Source: an uncultured Planctomycetia bacterium (GTDB lineage: Bacteria > Omnitrophota > Gorgyraeia > B26-G9). Taken from it: DNA of 64,000 nucleotides. The position numbers and the translations under genes are program-made. The DNA lies in NCBI GenBank assembly GCA_964437495.1, contig CAYTGV010000006.1, positions 18,529 through 82,528 of the forward strand. The letters run 5' to 3'. Below are positions 60,989 to 64,000 of this stretch, piece by piece. The notes below the pieces were generated by a model that saw only the letters and a list, made by a program, of their open reading frames with translations, was not told where the DNA came from and made no database searches. Positions within the stretch are counted from its first letter, which is position 1. Every line of letters starts with the position of its first letter.

Positions 60989-62002
60989 TCAGATCTTTCT
61001 TCCCACAGCCTCGGCCACAGCCCTTACCTCTTTTACCATTTTTTCAAAATTATCAGTATTCAATGACTGAGTTCCATCAGAGACAGCCTCTTCCGGATGA
61101 ACATGAACCTCCACCAATAGCCCGTCCGCACCTGCAGCTACAGCTGCCCTGCTCACAGGCGTAACCAATCCCCATTTCCCCGTGCCATGAGAAGGATCAA
61201 CTACAATCGGCAGATGGGAAAGCATCTTTATAGCGGGGACGGCATTAATATCCAATGTATTGCGGGTATAGGTTTCAAATGTACGTATTCCGCGTTCACA
61301 CAAAATAACATTAAAATTATCTTCATTTAAAATATATTCCGCGCTCATAAGAAATTCTTTTATGGTTGCCATCATGCCTCTTTTTAACAAAACAGGCCTC
61401 TTGGAAATACCAATTTCTTTTAGCAAATTAAAATTCTGCATATTCCTGGCCCCCACCTGCATAATATCAACATATTTCGCCATTAACTCTACATCACGCG
61501 GGTCAATAACCTCAGTCACGCTTAAAAGTCCGACCTCATCACAAACCTGTTTCATAATCTTTAGGCCTTCTACTCCCAGCCCTTGGAAGGAATAAGGAGA
61601 TGTCCTTGGCTTAAAAGCTCCTCCTCGCAAAATCCTTGCTCCAGATTTCTTTACATTTACGGCAATTTCACGCAGAGTTTGAAGATTTTCTATTGCGCAT
61701 GGTCCTCCCATTATCACAATCTCTTCCCCGCCTATAGCCACGTCTTTGACCTTAACCACACTGCTTTGGGGTTTAAATTCACGGGAGACCAGTTTAAACT
61801 GAGAAAGAACTGCTATGACTTGTTCTACCCCAGGATATGCCTCCAGAGGCTGAACTCGAATTTTATCTTCCTCTCCGATTACACCGATAATTGAGCGTTC
61901 CACCCCTTCAGAAACCATAGTTTTAAGCCCAAGAGAGTGAACTTTGTCAATTATCCTTTTCTTTTCATCTGCCGTAGTATTTGACTTAAGAACTATTATC
62001 AT
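60989..62002 (-). CDS. aroF: 3-deoxy-7-phosphoheptulonate (DAHP) synthase, type I-beta with N-terminal ferredoxin-like regulatory domain
   Basis: N-terminal ~70-aa FL domain followed by a KDO8PS-like TIM barrel (GPCAIE...), the Thermotoga-type architecture. Confidence 0.78.
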   Translation of the reverse strand: MIIVLKSNTTADEKKRIIDKVHSLGLKTMVSEGVERSIIGVIGEEDKIRVQPLEAYPGVEQVIAVLSQFKLVSREFKPQSSVVKVKDVAIGGEEIVIMGGPCAIENLQTLREIAVNVKKSGARILRGGAFKPRTSPYSFQGLGVEGLKIMKQVCDEVGLLSVTEVIDPRDVELMAKYVDIMQVGARNMQNFNLLKEIGISKRPVLLKRGMMATIKEFLMSAEYILNEDNFNVILCERGIRTFETYTRNTLDINAVPAIKMLSHLPIVVDPSHGTGKWGLVTPVSRAAVAAGADGLLVEVHVHPEEAVSDGTQSLNTDNFEKMVKEVRAVAEAVGRKI

Positions 62003-62017
62003 TTTTTTATCCCCCGA

Positions 62018-63112
62018 TTAATCTTTAAGAAATTTCTTAAGATATTTTAAAAATAATCCATTTTCCTTATTAGTACCGAAAGTCACTCTTATAAAGCCCT
62101 TCAGGCCCCATACAGACATTTCCCGCACGATAATCCCTTTTTGCATCAGCTTATCATAAATCTCCAGGCTCTTAACTCCCAAATTAACCAAAACAAAGTT
62201 TGCAACACTCGGCACATAAAATAGCTTCATTTTGTCAAATTCATCACACAATAATTTCTTGCCATCCTTCACCATTTTTTGAGACTGCAGTAAATATTTT
62301 TTATCATCAAGAGCGGCAGTTGCGCCAATCTGAGCAAGCATATTCACATTAAAGGGCTCACGCACTTGATTCATGTATCCGATTATTTCCTTGCTTGCCG
62401 CTGCCCAGCCAATACGCAGGCCACCCAACCCATAAACCTTGGAAAAACTGCGGCTGACGATAACATTTCCCCGGCTGATATAACACAGGCAATCAGGATA
62501 GTCTCGAGCGCTGATAAATTCAACATACGCCTCATCAAAAAATACAATTATGTCCTTGGATAATCCTTTTAGAAATTTTTCCACTTCCCTCCGGTTCACA
62601 TAACTTCCGGTCGGGTTATCCGGATTGGCAATAAAGATCATTTTAGTTTTCAGAGTTATTTTTTTCTTCATTGCCTCAAGGTCATAATGAAACTCCTTTA
62701 AAGGCACACTGACTATTTTCGCACCCACAATAGTCGCGGCTATCTTATAAACCATAAACGTAGGATAGGCGATAATAACTTCATCGCCCTTATTAATAAA
62801 CGCTCGCAGTGCAAGCACTATAAGCTCATCTGAGCCGTTACCGATAATCAAATTTTCCATACGCAGCTTAAATTTTTTTGACAAAGCTTTTTTCAGGAAA
62901 AGGCAATTGCCGTCCGGATAGCGGTTGATGTTCAAAACCCCCTTTTTAATAGCAGCCACTGCTTTGGGTGATGGCCCCAAGGAATTTTCATTTGACGCCA
63001 TTTTGTATACATTTTTCAACCCAAATTCCCGTTTAACCTCTTCAATCGGCTTTCCTGGCTTATAAGGTTTTATTGCGCGTATAGATTTTTTGACAAGTTT
63101 TTCGATATTCAT
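62018..63112 (-). CDS. hisC: Histidinol-phosphate / aromatic aminotransferase (class II PLP)
   Basis: 364-aa fold-type I aminotransferase; its position in the aromatic cluster suggests an aromatic aminotransferase role. Confidence 0.78.
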   Translation of the reverse strand: MNIEKLVKKSIRAIKPYKPGKPIEEVKREFGLKNVYKMASNENSLGPSPKAVAAIKKGVLNINRYPDGNCLFLKKALSKKFKLRMENLIIGNGSDELIVLALRAFINKGDEVIIAYPTFMVYKIAATIVGAKIVSVPLKEFHYDLEAMKKKITLKTKMIFIANPDNPTGSYVNRREVEKFLKGLSKDIIVFFDEAYVEFISARDYPDCLCYISRGNVIVSRSFSKVYGLGGLRIGWAAASKEIIGYMNQVREPFNVNMLAQIGATAALDDKKYLLQSQKMVKDGKKLLCDEFDKMKLFYVPSVANFVLVNLGVKSLEIYDKLMQKGIIVREMSVWGLKGFIRVTFGTNKENGLFLKYLKKFLKD

Positions 63113-63139
63113 TGTTAATCTCCAGAAATTTCTAATATT

Positions 63140-63976
63140 TTAAACACTTTGCGGATAAGAACCAACGATTTTAATAAAATGACATTTCTTTTCTAAATTA
63201 TTCAAGGCCTTTTTTAATCGTGGTTCTTTAATATGCCCCTGCATATCTACGAAGAAATAATAATCCCAAGCCTTTTTCTTTGAAGGCCTTGATTCTATTT
63301 TTGTAAGGTTTATTTTCGCTTTTTTAAATACCAACAGCATCTCATGCAATGCTCCAACCCTATCTTTTATAGAAAAAAGTATCGATGTTTTATCCCTGCC
63401 TGTATAACCCGCCTCTTTTTTCCCAATAACAAGAAACCGGGTAACATTATGCGAAGAGTCCTCTATGGATTTTACTTTTAGCTTAACCTTATATATCTGC
63501 GCAGCCAGAGAGCTGGCAATAGCAGCTGAATTTTTCTCCCTAGCACATATCTCCGCCGCCTTTGTCGTGCTTGAAATCTCCATAAGATGCCGTCCCGGCA
63601 GATTAGTCTCAAGCCACAAACGGCACTGCCCAAATACCTGTGATTTACTGTACACCTTTTTGATATCTCTAAGCTTACAGTTGCACAAGAGATTATGTTC
63701 AATACTTAGGCTTATTTCAGAACAAATCTTAAGATCTGAATCAACAAACATATCAAGCGTATGACTTATGGCTCCCTCTATAGAATTTTCTACAGGCACA
63801 ACGCCAAAATCACTGCTGCCGCGTTCAACTTCATTAAAAACATCTGTGATTGTCTGCATGCTTACATACTCAACCTGTGCGCCGAATTTCTTCTGGCTGG
63901 CAAGATGAGTAAAAGTCGCCTCAGGCCCAAGATAAGCCACTTTCATCGGTCTTTGCAGCATTATAGTTCCAGACAT
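63140..63976 (-). CDS. pheA: Prephenate dehydratase (PDT + ACT)
   Basis: N-terminal KVAYLGPEATFTH, a TRF-like motif and a C-terminal ACT domain. Confidence 0.85.
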   Translation of the reverse strand: MSGTIMLQRPMKVAYLGPEATFTHLASQKKFGAQVEYVSMQTITDVFNEVERGSSDFGVVPVENSIEGAISHTLDMFVDSDLKICSEISLSIEHNLLCNCKLRDIKKVYSKSQVFGQCRLWLETNLPGRHLMEISSTTKAAEICAREKNSAAIASSLAAQIYKVKLKVKSIEDSSHNVTRFLVIGKKEAGYTGRDKTSILFSIKDRVGALHEMLLVFKKAKINLTKIESRPSKKKAWDYYFFVDMQGHIKEPRLKKALNNLEKKCHFIKIVGSYPQSV

Positions 63977-64000
63977 TATCTCACGGTAAACAGCAGCTAA

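Overview
This 64-kb window is AT-rich bacterial chromosome, and the gene content suggests an anaerobic, probably uncultivated lineage (PPDK, fused SecDF, Rnf subunits, QueH, Thermotoga-type DAHP synthase, citramalate/isopropylmalate synthase). I call about 57 CDS and one tRNA-Arg(CCG); every one of them is on the minus strand. Most are housekeeping genes: aminoacyl-tRNA ligases (glyQS, aspS, valS, tyrS), groES/groEL with a CIRCE operator, recO, uvrB, recG, ruvABC, the phoH-pgpH-ybeY-dgkA cluster, a queuosine cluster (tgt-queA-queH), secDF-yajC, rpsA-cmk, and an aromatic amino-acid cluster (tyrA, DAHP synthase, hisC, pheA). The 5' part of a pyruvate phosphate dikinase gene runs off the left edge and is missing from the ORF track. 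The non-housekeeping content is in the intergenic DNA. (i) A non-coding element of about 320-370 bp occurs twice (31974-32292 and 56562-56932) with compensatory stem changes, so it looks like a structured RNA or structured mobile element I cannot assign to a known family. (ii) Copy A sits in a ~500-bp segment bounded by 46-bp direct repeats that duplicate the last 13-14 codons plus stop of xerD (a likely insertion or duplication event), about 75 bp from tRNA-Arg. (iii) A modular dispersed repeat family (modules M1-M4) fills the large intergenic gaps; one module carries a perfect 16-bp palindrome upstream of coaX and tgt. Protein-level oddities include a DgkA-PAP2 fusion, an SGNH hydrolase split by a ~450-aa TPR/tandem-repeat insertion, an EF-G paralogue whose switch-II catalytic His is replaced by Tyr, an isolated rnfE-rnfA pair, and an 872-aa DHH-CBS-CCA/poly(A)-polymerase-HD protein. 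I found no CRISPR array, no rRNA and no obvious prophage or defence island. All protein identities rest on motifs I recognised and none is confirmed by a database search.
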